Part shown: one piece after another, positions 29,075-39,268 of the stretch
Layout of the letters: every line of letters begins with the position of its first letter
Numbering within the stretch: the stretch's first letter is position 1
Notes under the pieces: model-generated
The model's database searches: none
Told to the model about the DNA's origin: nothing
Seen by the model: the letters and a program-made list of their open reading frames with translations, nothing else
Source of the DNA: a virus
IMG/VR virus record: IMGVR_UViG_3300037091_000121
Coordinates: 3,203 to 67,202 of that record
Direction: 5' to 3' (one strand)
DNA length: 64,000 bases
Made by a program: the position numbers and the translations under genes

Positions 29075-32000
29075 CTAGCCGAAGATTGAGCGCAGAACCT
29101 CTCGGCCGCAGTCCGTAGCGTAGTAGTAGTGTTCGGGTGCGGTGCGATAGAACGATATCCATCCCTTCATAAACAATCGGTAGGTGTCGTGATACTCTTC
29201 GGGCAGCACGCCGAACCCAAGGGCTCCGGCCGAGGTTCTAATCTTGCCGAGGAGGTCAATCTCACTCTGCGGAACCGGCTCCGCACCGTTGGCGGATCGC
29301 TTGGCGTTGAAGGTGTTGAGGTCACGTTCTGCACAGGTCATCATCGGTTCGTCTCCTTCTTAATCGGGTGGGCTTGCTTGCCCTCGCAATTACAGTATAC
29401 CGATCCGGCCCAGGACATGCATTCCCCCCGGTGTAATAGTTAAACCTTGTAAGCACCAACGCCCAGCACGAAGTCTTTCCAGTCCTTGGTGAGCCTGTAA
29501 TCTCCAAAGGAGCCAAACACGCGCTCATACTCGCCGGCCAGCTCGAGGATCGTGAACCCAGCAGCGAGCGCCTCTATGGGCTTCTCAAACCACTTGTCGT
29601 TGGTGTCGAACCATTCCTGTATACTCATTGCCTCATCCTCCTCGTGCTTGATCCGGGCCAGGGCGTCAGTCACCTTGTCACTAGTCAGCCATTCAGCAGC
29701 AGTCATCATCGTCTCATCCTCCTGGGTTGGTGGGTCAGTGACACCATAGTATACCGGGATGGGGTAGGACATGCATTCCCCCTGGTGTAATACCTGGGGA
29801 ATGCAGCACCGTGCACGCACTGGGGCTCTCCTAATCCAGGTATGCACGAAACGAGGGCTCTCCTAATCCAGGTATGCACGAAACGAGGGATCATTGGTAT
29901 CTAGCCAGTTGTCGAACGATTGCGTTGTGATCATCGGCCTTCCTCCTCATATATGCGTATAACGATCACACCAAAATCAGAAGCCCATTGTTCCGCCTCT
30001 GCTCGGGTAGAGAATTGGAAATTAGCCTTCGTTGCTGGCCGTGTTTCTGACTTATAGATCAGCTTCCATTTAGCCATTGTTGTTTCCTCCACTGCATCCT
30101 ACCGATCCGATCCATGATATGCAACGCCAAGGTGTAATATCTACCTTCTCGGCCTACTCATTCAATCCTTCCCAAACCCCTTCGCTTTGCCTTCATCCAT
30201 CGCAGCGCCACGGTCACAGGGCATTGTCTTTGGCCCTACGGGTGCCCTCGCTAGCTCGGCCAAAGAATTTGACACCAAGACAAGAGATCTAGGCCCTGGC
30301 ATTTGCCTTGCCCTTAAAGGACCTTGCCATACAAGCGCCCGGAGGGCTTCGGAGGTCTTTCTCCGCGCCCTGCTAACGCAATGACTGCAGATCCTTGCAT
30401 GTGGTCGCTGCGGCTTCCGACACGCTCCATCCTCTCTGCCGGGACCTTGTCCCTAACACCCCTTTAGACAGGCACGGAACTGCACTCGGTTTGCCCCATC
30501 TACAATTGTAAATCTACTCACCGCGCTCGTCCGCCGTCATGGCCTTCTTATGAGCATGCCACGCCTCATCCTCAACTCGATCAGCTTCCGATTGGGCGAT
30601 CCACGCCTCCTCGGAAAGCTTATCTACGTCCTTGTATTTGGCAGTCAGTGCTATGGCCTCTTCCAATCCCTTTTTCCATTCCGCATGCTTCCTAGCACGA
30701 CTAGGGCTTCGAACCTTCTCTCCCGACGGTGCAGCAGTCCTCACCTCATCATCATCCGGGCGCAGGTATCGGTGCTCCTCCTCGGCAAGAAGGTATTCCT
30801 CGATCATTGGCTTCTCCTTCTTCTGGTGTCGGCCAGAGTTCGGATGCCGAGTGCTCTGCTTCCCCGGATCCCCCAGCGGGTCATTGACACGCTGACACAG
30901 TTCCTCACGAGACAGGCCAATGACTCTGATCCAGTCCTTACCGTGCTCGACGGTGTATCCCTGCTCTCGATAGTCGGCAGTCATCACTCCCACCCAAAAC
31001 TCTGGCAGGCCATTAAGATACGCGCTGGGTTTGTAGTTCCTCATGCCTATAATCCTCGAGAAGAGTAGTCCTTATCTATAGCGGTCCAATCGAAAGGATC
31101 TACAGTGATAACTATCTTATCGCCTTCCTCATCCTCTTGGCTGCGTGCAGACAGGGATGCCTCTTCGTCAGGTTGTGCCCACTTCACCATGCGCTTTCTC
31201 TCCTCTGCCTTCAGCTCGGCCAGGACCGCCGGGAATCTACGAAGTTCGGCCAACAGCGCATCATCCAGGGGCATGCCAAAGTCAGCCCACTCCATCCCAT
31301 CATCGGGTAGTTCTGGGGTATCCATTAGAACTTCACCACCGGAGCACATGGCCCAAAATCGGGATAGGTGTTCCTGCTAGTGTTCTCCACGCAGTAGGCA
31401 TGTTTGGTTCCATATCTCTCATCAGCCACGTCCTCGTCAATACAGGCGTGAACCTCATCCATGGAATAGACATAATACGGCCGGCCCAGTTCGGTCCAAT
31501 CCTCACCACGCTTGACGAGGAGAAAGATAGCAATCGCCGGCGGTTCAGTATCGCTCTCGCACCATCCGCACATTAGGTCAGCACCGCATCCGCCTACATA
31601 CTTCCCGTGCTTGCAGTATCCGTCTCTCATAGTATTATCCTCCCGTGGTCCCTGGCAGGTCATTCACCCGCACTTCATACTACCGATTCAGCCATCTATT
31701 ACAAAGCCCTTGTGAAGATCAGAACTTCACCACCGTCTGATACTGCTCGGCCAGATCGTTGCCGGCCCTTGCCAATTGTGCAGCTATGGTGCGCTGGTCC
31801 TGTGTCTGCACGGTGACCCAGACGTGGTTGGAGTGCATCCAGATCCCGAGGGACACAATGGCCGACGTAGCTGCGGTCAGCAGTAGGTAAGTGATACCAG
31901 ACTTGTTCACGACATCTCCTCCATTGGCATTGCAGTTTCCCACAATGATTTTGACTCCTGTTCCTTAAGGAACTTCCGCCACTCCAGCATCGGCCCGATC

Positions 32001-34190
32001 AGTCCACCCCACAGGCCGCAAACAGGAATGGCAGCCATCCATACGACCCCAGCCGCCAATACAACCCCAACCGCCACATGGAACATGGTAGCCATCATTC
32101 CTTCATCTCCACCAAACCAGCGTTGCAGCCGAATGTCGAGCGGACCATCCGCAGCCATGTGAAGGCTTCCGCGTAGGTGCTGAAGGCCTGGGTGTAGTTC
32201 GGATCGTCTGCCTCAACTCTGTATCTCATCAGACGTTGACCCTGTTCGTTACGAGCATGATCTGTTCCCCCGCCTTGTTCCATTCATTGGCGGACTTCGG
32301 GAAGTGCCCAATCCGCTTCTCCTCTGCCTTATCGAGGCATATCCCTGCGATCAGGGACAGAACTTCGGACAGGCTGGTTCGCTCAATCTCGTTCTGAAGC
32401 TCCTCGGCGTATGTCTTGTTGGCTTTCATTGCCTTACTCCTCCTAGTGGTCAGGCCAGTGACACCATAGCCTACCGAACTACATTCGTCACTGTCAAGAT
32501 CTTCTTTTTCAAGGGACGTTCCGCCCATGCTCCTAATGGTCCAAGAGACTGGAGCTGGGTATCCACCAGGGCCAGCATCATCCGGTTAAGGTGCTCAATA
32601 TCAGCATCATCCAGATCCTCATCATACCTGCGCCAGTCTTCCATCATATCCTTCTTGGACCTTCTCACACTTCCTCCTCAATATCTCTACTACCACACTC
32701 CGGACACTCCAGATCATCAGCCACGCCTCCATACTCGATTGTGACCTCCTCCTCGAAACGCCAGCAGCACGCCTCACATCGCCATTCGACCATCTCCGTA
32801 TGCCTCTGCGGGCTCTCTATCCAGCGATCCAATGCCCCTTTGTCTATCTCGAACATGTCGTCTCCTTTTCAGTATGAATTGCCCACCCAGTTTCGGTGGC
32901 CATTCAGATATGATTGCCCGCCACTTGTTCAGCGTTATTTCTCTATCCCTTGGTGAGCATCCAAGCACTCGCTTTGTCCTCTACCTTAATGTCAGTGCTA
33001 TCCGGATCATTGATAACCACGCATCCGACCTGCGAATACCTGTAGACATGGATGGGCGTTCCACTATCTAGAAACCCTTGCAGCAGATCAGACGTTCGAC
33101 CGTGGTATCCGATCCTCTCGTAAGAATTGGTCACGCTGCCGTCCTTGTTGACGCTGCCCCAGGTTCCGTTGCAGGCAATGGTGATCTCGAATGCGTTCCT
33201 ACCGACTTGGCGCCCTTGAGCATACTGGTCGTCAGCATAGGTGGACGGGGACAGGTCGTCAAATTCGGATTTGAACAGGACCGGGTTCAAGTAGTCCTCT
33301 GGTGACATCTCTTCGGCTCGTCTGCTTTTCATCCTAGTATCGCTCCTTCTCGTAAGTGTCATCAATGCGTCTGGTTAGTTCTTCGTGAGTTGCTATCTTG
33401 TGGGGAAGATGGGCAGACATCCAGTCCTGGGCGAACATCGCCGCGCCTGCCTCGTCGCTATAAACCCTGTCATACTCTGACGCCAGCTCCGCGAAGGAGT
33501 AACCTGCATCCAGAGCGGAAGTCATGTCCTCTAAATTCGGATCGTAGTATTCGAGCCATTCTCGAATGCTCATCGTATCGCGTGTCATCGGATCATTCTC
33601 CTTCGTGGTTGGTCAGTCAGTAACATCCTATCCTACCGATCTGGACCACAACAAGCAACCCCCCAAATCGTGTCAGTCTTTTGTGTCCTCCTGTAACGCG
33701 TAAACTTCCAAGTCCTCCCACTTGGGCAGATCGAAGCGACAGTCTGGCGACAGATCGTGATTCCGGCCCTTTCGCCAGGTTATCTCATGGGCATAGCAGG
33801 CATGGCAGAGAATGGCGTTGCTGTCGCCTCCGGTAGGCAGAACCCGGACCTCGCCGCGCCAAAGTAGACAATAACCGCCGCTGCAATCAGGATTTTGAAC
33901 GGACTTATGAGTGATCATGGTGTTTATCTCCTCGTGACAATCATTCAGCAACAGCCCAGTGTATGGATCTTCCATTCAACATGCAATCCACACCCGTAAA
34001 ACATCACCTGTTATTACTTGACGGGTACTTGACACAAGCGGCAATCTGCTCCGAAGTCAACACCTCCATCATGGCCGTGGCGTGCCTGGATAGCACGGTA
34101 ATGATGGCCTTAAGCTCCTTAATGCTCTGCGCCTGTGCGTCTATCTCGGCAAGCAGGTTGGATATCTGGAGTGAAGTCATTCTCGTATTA
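29075..34190 (-). other. Cluster of small hypothetical (early-type) ORFs
   Basis: Dense short minus-strand ORFs with GGAG RBSs; promoter TTGACA-N17-TAGACT at 34250-34222. Confidence 0.55.
29823..29886. repeat. Exact 32-bp tandem duplication
   Basis: GGGCTCTCCTAATCCAGGTATGCACGAAACGA x2. Confidence 0.85.
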
Positions 34191-34295
34191 CTCCTTTGTG
34201 GTCAAACATCAGTGATGGCCTAGTCTACCGGCATGGGCCTTGGTTGTCAATCCCTCATTTTGCACCCAGTGTATAGGTATGATATGATATATGTC

Positions 34296-34661
34296 ATGGA
34301 TAAACCAACCAACGGATACCAAACAGCGATGCTCATCCGCAGGCCAGATACAGGGAGAGATCCTTGCAGCTTGTATCTGACAGTTCAGCAGACGGCAGCA
34401 ATGCGTGGCTGTCTACCCGTCAGTGTAAGAAACGCCATTGTGTCTGGTCGATTGCCTTCTTGGAGCCTTGGTGGTATATACTTAATCAACCGTGCGGACG
34501 CCGAGGATTGGGCACTTCGAAAGCCTGCCATCAGTGGCGGCGGACGAGAGGTGAAACACTCCGAGCGAAGAATTGCCAAGCTGCAACGCGCTGCTGCTTC
34601 TCGGGCCTTGAAAGATGGCCGAACCAGTGAACGCGCTCACCGGACTAAAGAAGACGCATGA
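34296..34661 (+). CDS. Excisionase-like HTH DNA-binding protein (start uncertain)
   Basis: YLTVQQTAAMRG....VRNAIVSGRLPSW.LGGIYLINR. Confidence 0.7.
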   Translation: MDKPTNGYQTAMLIRRPDTGRDPCSLYLTVQQTAAMRGCLPVSVRNAIVSGRLPSWSLGGIYLINRADAEDWALRKPAISGGGREVKHSERRIAKLQRAAASRALKDGRTSERAHRTKEDA

Positions 34662-34900
34662 GCTACCAGAGACCCCATAATGAGCCTGCCCGCCCCCAGA
34701 GCATCCGCAACAGCATCACATATGAACCTGACCGCCAAAACATGCCGGTTCAAAAGTGCTGTAGGGTCCCTCGGTGGGTGTCAGAGGCAATCCTCCAATT
34801 CGCAGAGATCCACAATCAAAGTGAATCGGCCGTGATGAGAACAGCGTTAATGGACTTTGCTTCAGGGTTGCTTGAAAACAAGGACAGGGTTGAGCCGTGA
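34658..34900 (+). CDS. Ribbon-helix-helix-like regulator
   Basis: CRVPRWVSEAILQFAE...SESAVMRTALMDF. Confidence 0.55.
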   Translation: MSYQRPHNEPARPQSIRNSITYEPDRQNMPVQKCCRVPRWVSEAILQFAEIHNQSESAVMRTALMDFASGLLENKDRVEP

Positions 34901-34985
34901 TTGCTCAACCCTGTCCTTCCATACCCTGCCCGACCGGGCCACACCAGACCTAGCCATTCCCCGCCCCGCCCAGCCATTCCGTACC
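34880..34985 (-). ncRNA. Family-1 pentamer guide-like RNA A (13 GGH-NN units + 16-bp hairpin)
   Basis: GGTac GGAat GGCtg GGCgg GGCgg GGAat GGCta GGTct GGTgt GGCcc GGTcg GGCag GGTat. Own promoter 35023-34995; hairpin 34918-34880. Confidence 0.85.
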
Positions 34986-35019
34986 CAACACTATAGTATA
35001 CCTAGATGAGGGTTGGTTG

Positions 35020-35667
35020 TCAATCCCTCAAAATCTCACAACTGCAAACCTGAAACCGTCCATAGCTAGGGCGAAAATCACCCACTCCGACCAGCTTTCC
35101 CGCTTGTGTAAGCACATCCCGAAGCACTTGCGGTTCGATATACTCTGGCGTCAACACAAGGAAGATGACTTTCGCCCTCCAACCTTTCTCAACCGCCGGC
35201 CGCTGCCGTGTGATGCCGTTACGCTGAACCACAACTCGGCGCTGATCGAGATAGCTCCAATCCGAGAGGGTTTTACCCGCCAGAGTGATAGGAGCCAGTT
35301 CGGTTTCCACAATCAGACCTGCTTTGAAGAGATCCATTGCGCTCTTTCTTGGTGAGCGAGGGTCTTGCCGAAACTTGGCTGCCCAAACGCAAGCCATTCG
35401 CAAATACTCTCCCGGCAATGCAATCTCGCCTTTCTCCGTTCGGTATACGTAGCTGTTCACGTTGTCCGACTTCTTGGCATCGCTCCCCTTGGCTGCTTTT
35501 GACTTCTCCTCTACTGCCTCACAGTTCCACCGATGGAATAGAATGGGTGTCGTGCCCTCAACCTCCACCTCGCAGCGATAGGGAAACGCCAAAAGATCCT
35601 CTGCGCCGTTGGAAACCTCCTCCAGCGCTGGCATAACATTACGACCATTCAATTTTGTAGCTACCAT
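35020..35667 (-). CDS. RAMP/Cas7-fold-like RNA-binding protein 1 (Vipr-like), 215 aa
   Basis: VEGTTPILFH, IALPGEYLR and the Gly-rich C-terminal loop VGVGDFRPSYGRF parallel RAMP motifs. Start placed at ATG 35667 (AAAGGA RBS); the ORF-track extension is the repeat array. Confidence 0.75.
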   Translation of the reverse strand: MVATKLNGRNVMPALEEVSNGAEDLLAFPYRCEVEVEGTTPILFHRWNCEAVEEKSKAAKGSDAKKSDNVNSYVYRTEKGEIALPGEYLRMACVWAAKFRQDPRSPRKSAMDLFKAGLIVETELAPITLAGKTLSDWSYLDQRRVVVQRNGITRQRPAVEKGWRAKVIFLVLTPEYIEPQVLRDVLTQAGKLVGVGDFRPSYGRFQVCSCEILRD

Positions 35668-35691
35668 AATAGTTTTCCTTTCAAAAAACCC

Positions 35692-35826
35692 TAACCTTAC
35701 CAAACCCCACCGGACCGGGCCGAACCCTACCACTGCATGCCACGCCGCACCCTTCCGGACCATGCCGATCCTTGCCTCTCCGGGCCGCGCCTCGGCTCAC
35801 CGCACCGCTCCTCGCCACGCCACACC
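35692..35826 (-). ncRNA. Family-1 pentamer array B (27 GGH-NN units) in the leader of RAMP-like gene 1
   Basis: 25 of 27 pentamers begin GG; strict 5-nt phase. Confidence 0.85.
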
Positions 35827-35834
35827 TCTAGTGT

Positions 35835-35850
35835 TGCAAGAACAGTGCCA
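35835..35850 (-). promoter_or_regulatory. Sigma54-type (-24/-12) promoter for array B and RAMP-like gene 1
   Basis: TGGCAC-TGTTC-TTGCA, canonical spacing, 8 nt upstream of the first repeat. Confidence 0.65.
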
Positions 35851-35869
35851 ATCGACCATCTCCAGAACG

Positions 35870-35967
35870 AAAAAATAGGCCCATGGTTACACCATGGGCC
35901 TGACGGTAAAGAAGGAGTGTGTTGTGTTAAGCAAGTGGAGTATACCAGATCGAGGGTTGGTTGTCAA
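35870..35967 (-). ncRNA. Promoter-terminator-bounded ~60-nt sRNA with anti-SD core
   Basis: TTGACA-N17-TATACT (35967-35939), then CACTCCTTCTT, then hairpin AGGCCCATGG/CCATGGGCCT + U6. Confidence 0.55.
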
Positions 35968-36021
35968 CCCCTAAAAATAGGGCTTGCTTCGGCGATCTCA
36001 TCCCGGTATACTATGGTGTGA

Positions 36022-36131
36022 GGCAGGGCGTGGCGGGGACAGGCGGGGTGAGGCGCGGCCTGGTGCGACGAGGCGAGGAATGGCAAGGCATGGGTATCTC
36101 ACCCCAAGGAGAAACCCTTGGGGTGAGATAC
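36022..36131 (+). ncRNA. Family-1 pentamer guide-like RNA C (14 units + 16-bp hairpin)
   Basis: GGCag GGCgt GGCgg GGAca GGCgg GGTga GGCgc GGCct GGTgc GACga GGCga GGAat GGCaa GGCat; promoter TTGCTT-N17-TATACT at 35984-36012. Confidence 0.85.
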
Positions 36132-36154
36132 AATTATTAGGAAGGGGTCATAAA

Positions 36155-36694
36155 ATGGCTATAGATCAAAGGCATGTTGTAAACATAAACGGTAAACTTT
36201 ATCTCAAATACTCCGGTGTCCTTGAAGCGGCGACAGAGGCAGGATTGAAATCTTTGGAAGTTGAGATCATCCAGTTGCCTTGTGCAGATAATGGAAATAC
36301 AGCAGTTTGCAAAGCCATTGCTATTCTAGAGAAAGACGGGGTAGTAAGACGGTTCATAGAGATTGGAGATGCTTCTCCTCTCAACGCTTCTAAAATGGTT
36401 ATCAATGCCACAATCCGCCTTGCATCCACAAGAGCGAAAGGACGGGCGCTCCGAGATGCGGTTTGTCATGGCGAGGCTTTGAGCGATGAAATCCCAGAGT
36501 TAGAGCCAGCTCCACAGAACCGAGAGTGGACGCCGGCCAAAGAGGCAAGCCCTCTCGTTCGCGATCAGTTTTGCCAATGGGAGGGATGCGGGGTGGAACT
36601 CCCGCCGGCGGTAGTCACGTTCTCCAAAAGGAAGTATAACCTGAGTCTCTGCCGCGACCACCAGCTGGCAACGGATGCCAAGAAAGCACAATGA
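36155..36694 (+). CDS. Rad52/22-like single-strand annealing protein with C-terminal Zn-ribbon
   Basis: INGKLYLKY.G.L...GDASP.N....A.IRLASTRAKGRALRDA; start reassigned to ATG 36155. Confidence 0.65.
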   Translation: MAIDQRHVVNINGKLYLKYSGVLEAATEAGLKSLEVEIIQLPCADNGNTAVCKAIAILEKDGVVRRFIEIGDASPLNASKMVINATIRLASTRAKGRALRDAVCHGEALSDEIPELEPAPQNREWTPAKEASPLVRDQFCQWEGCGVELPPAVVTFSKRKYNLSLCRDHQLATDAKKAQ

Positions 36695-37224
36695 TGAACT
36701 GGCAAGAGAGATGTGATGCGAGGAAGCGAATAGAGACCACCTTGAGCGACGCGCTGCATTCTACTTACGCAAGAGATGCCGCCCCGCTGTGGCGAGAAAC
36801 GGCACGTCTTGCGATGGCAATGGCTGCCGAGTGCGAGGATCAGTTTCAGCAGAAGGTTGTCCTCACCATCCCTGGGGATGTGGCCAGAGACCTCTCTCCT
36901 AACCTGCGGCTGCACTGGAGAGAAAGAGCCAATAGAACCCATAGGTGGAGAGCGATGGCTCGACTAATATGGCAGTCTGAAGGAAGCGTCCGTTTTAAGC
37001 CGGGGGTTTCAATTCATATCACTGTAAGACGTGGAAGGCTGGTGGATCGAGATAATTGCATCTCGTCCTGCAAGGTCATATTAGACTCGCTGTGGGGTGA
37101 TGACGGGATGCTAGGTGCGGATGATGCAAGGTGGGTGAAGTCTATCGAGGTAATTCAGGAGACAGGTGGGAAATGGACAAAGCATCCGGAAGTCAAAGTC
37201 GAAGTGGCAGGGGAAGTCGAATAG
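36691..37224 (+). CDS. RusA-like Holliday junction resolvase
   Basis: LSPN...HW..R, DRDN....K..LDSL, DDARWV motifs. Confidence 0.65.
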   Translation: MMNWQERCDARKRIETTLSDALHSTYARDAAPLWRETARLAMAMAAECEDQFQQKVVLTIPGDVARDLSPNLRLHWRERANRTHRWRAMARLIWQSEGSVRFKPGVSIHITVRRGRLVDRDNCISSCKVILDSLWGDDGMLGADDARWVKSIEVIQETGGKWTKHPEVKVEVAGEVE

Positions 37225-37568
37225 CCCATCTGAGCAACGAGGATCTGATCGTTAAAGATGAGCCGGTTCGAATTCCTAGCCGGAAAGGTTACTCAAAGAC
37301 CAACCCTGGGCCAGTGTTCGTTTGGTTCTGCCGGAATAAGCACACGTCTAATATGCTTATCGAGGCATTGAAGCAAACTGCATATGGCGAGTGGAAATCA
37401 ACTCCCAGGCAGGCTAGATCTCACGGGAAATTCAGTGGATGCGCCTGGGTATTAAAGTCCTGGGGGCTGACAGAAGCTGAGTATAACGCCATGCAAAGGG
37501 TCGCTGTTAAGTTAGACCCTACTGCGTCGAATATGGTTTGGGATGAGGCGGGTCAGTGCTATGTTTAG
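37131..37568 (+). CDS. Hypothetical protein (true start probably near 37221)
   Basis: ORF track; contains KQTAYGEWKST, matched by guide D. Confidence 0.55.
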   Translation: MGEVYRGNSGDRWEMDKASGSQSRSGRGSRIAHLSNEDLIVKDEPVRIPSRKGYSKTNPGPVFVWFCRNKHTSNMLIEALKQTAYGEWKSTPRQARSHGKFSGCAWVLKSWGLTEAEYNAMQRVAVKLDPTASNMVWDEAGQCYV

Positions 37569-37605
37569 GGGATTGACAACCAAGGCTCATTCCGGTATAA
37601 TATGG

Positions 37606-37709
37606 TGCAAGTCCAGGCACGGCCAGGCTAGGCGGGGCGAGGATGGGCAAGGCATGGCACGGCAAGGTGAGGAGCAGCAGCTTGGATACCTAATATCCAG
37701 GCTGCTGCT
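37606..37709 (+). ncRNA. Family-1 pentamer guide-like RNA D (13 units + hairpin)
   Basis: TGCaa GTCca GGCac GGCca GGCta GGCgg GGCga GGAtg GGCaa GGCat GGCac GGCaa GGTga; promoter TTGACA-N17-TATAAT at 37573-37601; terminator hairpin + TTTT. Confidence 0.85.
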
Positions 37710-38325
37710 ATTTTCAGGCAATCAGTGCTATGTGTAGACCTACTTGGATCGACACTGGGGTCCACTATCGCGGCCGAAGGGTTGTGGTGAGTCAATACGA
37801 TGGCACGATGGCTTTACAAGACACTGGAGGAAACCTGGAGAGCGTTACAGAGGAACTGGAGGATCTTGTTACCGACATCCTGATAATGGTTGAGCAGGTT
37901 AAGTATATGGACAAGGATGTGCTTCAGCAGCAACTTGAAGATAACAGAAGTAAGGGGAATTGATATGAGTGTAATAGATCATCACGCAGAGGAGAGGTTT
38001 CATTCTATGGTTCTGCTGGCGACATCAGAACGCGTTAGGCGCATACTCACGGCTGCTCTCCGGCGTCCACCCACTCCTCGCGAGATGACCCGAGCTATGC
38101 GGGCAGCAGAGGAGAATGATATGGTGGAGAAAGGGCTATGATAACGAAGCATCAGCTTATCACTGCTTTACAGGAATGTCCTGATAATGCCCAGGTGTTC
38201 TTCTGTGTTCCGCACCCGGAGAGTGTTGAGGACTTCCTAACCGCTTACCTGGCCCAGGTGGAATACGCTCACGATGAGGACTGCACTCCGTTCATCCGGG
38301 TTTATCTAGAGTCGGAGAAGGGGCT

Positions 38326-39141
38326 ATGAAGAGCAGCTTTTTGGCGTGGGCACCATTCCTATCGTCGTCTATTATGTCAGGGATTTGGTACTTCATCGGG
38401 TGGAAAGATGGGCGTAGTTTTGAGAGAAAGAAGTTTAACAAAAAGTTCGCTCCTTGGAGAGATGTGCCCCCTGATTCCAAACGCATAGATATGACAGATA
38501 AGGTGGGGGGCTATTGTGTTAAATGGTGGAAGCCTTCCAATCGCGGCTTCACAATTTTGGAATTACTCGTAGTAGTGGCAATCATAGCGATACTTATGGC
38601 CCTTCTTTTCCCGGCTTTCGCAGCAGCAAGGAGGCGAGTGCTGCAAACGTCGTGTGCTTCCAATCTTCGTCAGCTTGGTATGGCCATCTCGATGTATGCC
38701 CAGGACCACGACGGCTATCCGCCTATTGGTGGATACAATTACATTCCTCCAGCCCCTGCCCCGCAAGTATGGAACAGGTCGGACTGGGAAGACGGCCTGG
38801 TTGCGCTTGCTTACGTCAATAATTATAATCTATTTCGATGTCCTTCTGCCTCCAACAAGGATTACCGTTCAGCTTATGGAGTGAACCGATGGATTTTAGG
38901 ATGGGGGATCTCACAGTTATTAGACGCACCACCGTTCCCTAGCAATACTCTTTTGGCTACTGAAAAACAAGGTTCCGATTGGCCGGTTTGGTTACCTACC
39001 GAGCAGACAGGGAATCCTTACTACTTCCCCTTGGACCCCCGTCATAACAATCAACTCAACATTCTTTTCGTGGATGGACACGTAGGAAAGTCCATCATAG
39101 GGGAATTGATCGAGAGCAGCAACATCATTTGGAGATGGTGA
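38326..39141 (+). CDS. Prepilin-type N-terminal cleavage/methylation protein, DUF1559/H-X9-DG family (start uncertain)
   Basis: RGFTILELLVVVAIIAILMALLFPAF..AR....SCASNLRQLG.A..MYAQD, C-terminal RHNNQLNILFVDGHV. Confidence 0.9.
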   Translation: MKSSFLAWAPFLSSSIMSGIWYFIGWKDGRSFERKKFNKKFAPWRDVPPDSKRIDMTDKVGGYCVKWWKPSNRGFTILELLVVVAIIAILMALLFPAFAAARRRVLQTSCASNLRQLGMAISMYAQDHDGYPPIGGYNYIPPAPAPQVWNRSDWEDGLVALAYVNNYNLFRCPSASNKDYRSAYGVNRWILGWGISQLLDAPPFPSNTLLATEKQGSDWPVWLPTEQTGNPYYFPLDPRHNNQLNILFVDGHVGKSIIGELIESSNIIWRW

Positions 39142-39168
39142 TTGGCACGGTTCTTGTATATACTATGG

Positions 39169-39268
39169 TGCTAGTAGGGATGTTGCAATGCCGAGATGGG
39201 TGTTGCATGGCGGGTCTGGGAATAGCAAATCACAGTAGAAGGGTGGATGTGTAGGCATCTACCCTTCT
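39169..39268 (+). ncRNA. Family-2 guide-like RNA E (12 NNY-NN units + ATCACAG + hairpin)
   Basis: TGCta GTAgg GATgt TGCaa TGCcg AGAtg GGTgt TGCat GGCgg GTCtg GGAat AGCaa ATCACAG; upstream TGGCAC-N5-TTGT and TATACT. Confidence 0.8.

Noticed and set aside
30290-30340. Short GGC/GGT-rich run as a possible guide
   Set aside because: The 5-nt phase breaks after about four units, and there is no promoter or handle.
35668-36154. N-terminal extensions of ORFs 35020-35763 and 35984-36694, and ORFs 35737-36021 and 37543-37737
   Set aside because: These are Gly/Arg/Ala-rich read-throughs of pentamer tracts; RBS-supported starts lie at 35667 and 36155.
34921-37670. Pentamer tracts as simple microsatellites or G-quadruplex DNA
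   Set aside because: The dinucleotides are non-repetitive and decode to adjacent genes, and the tracts are bounded by promoters and hairpins.
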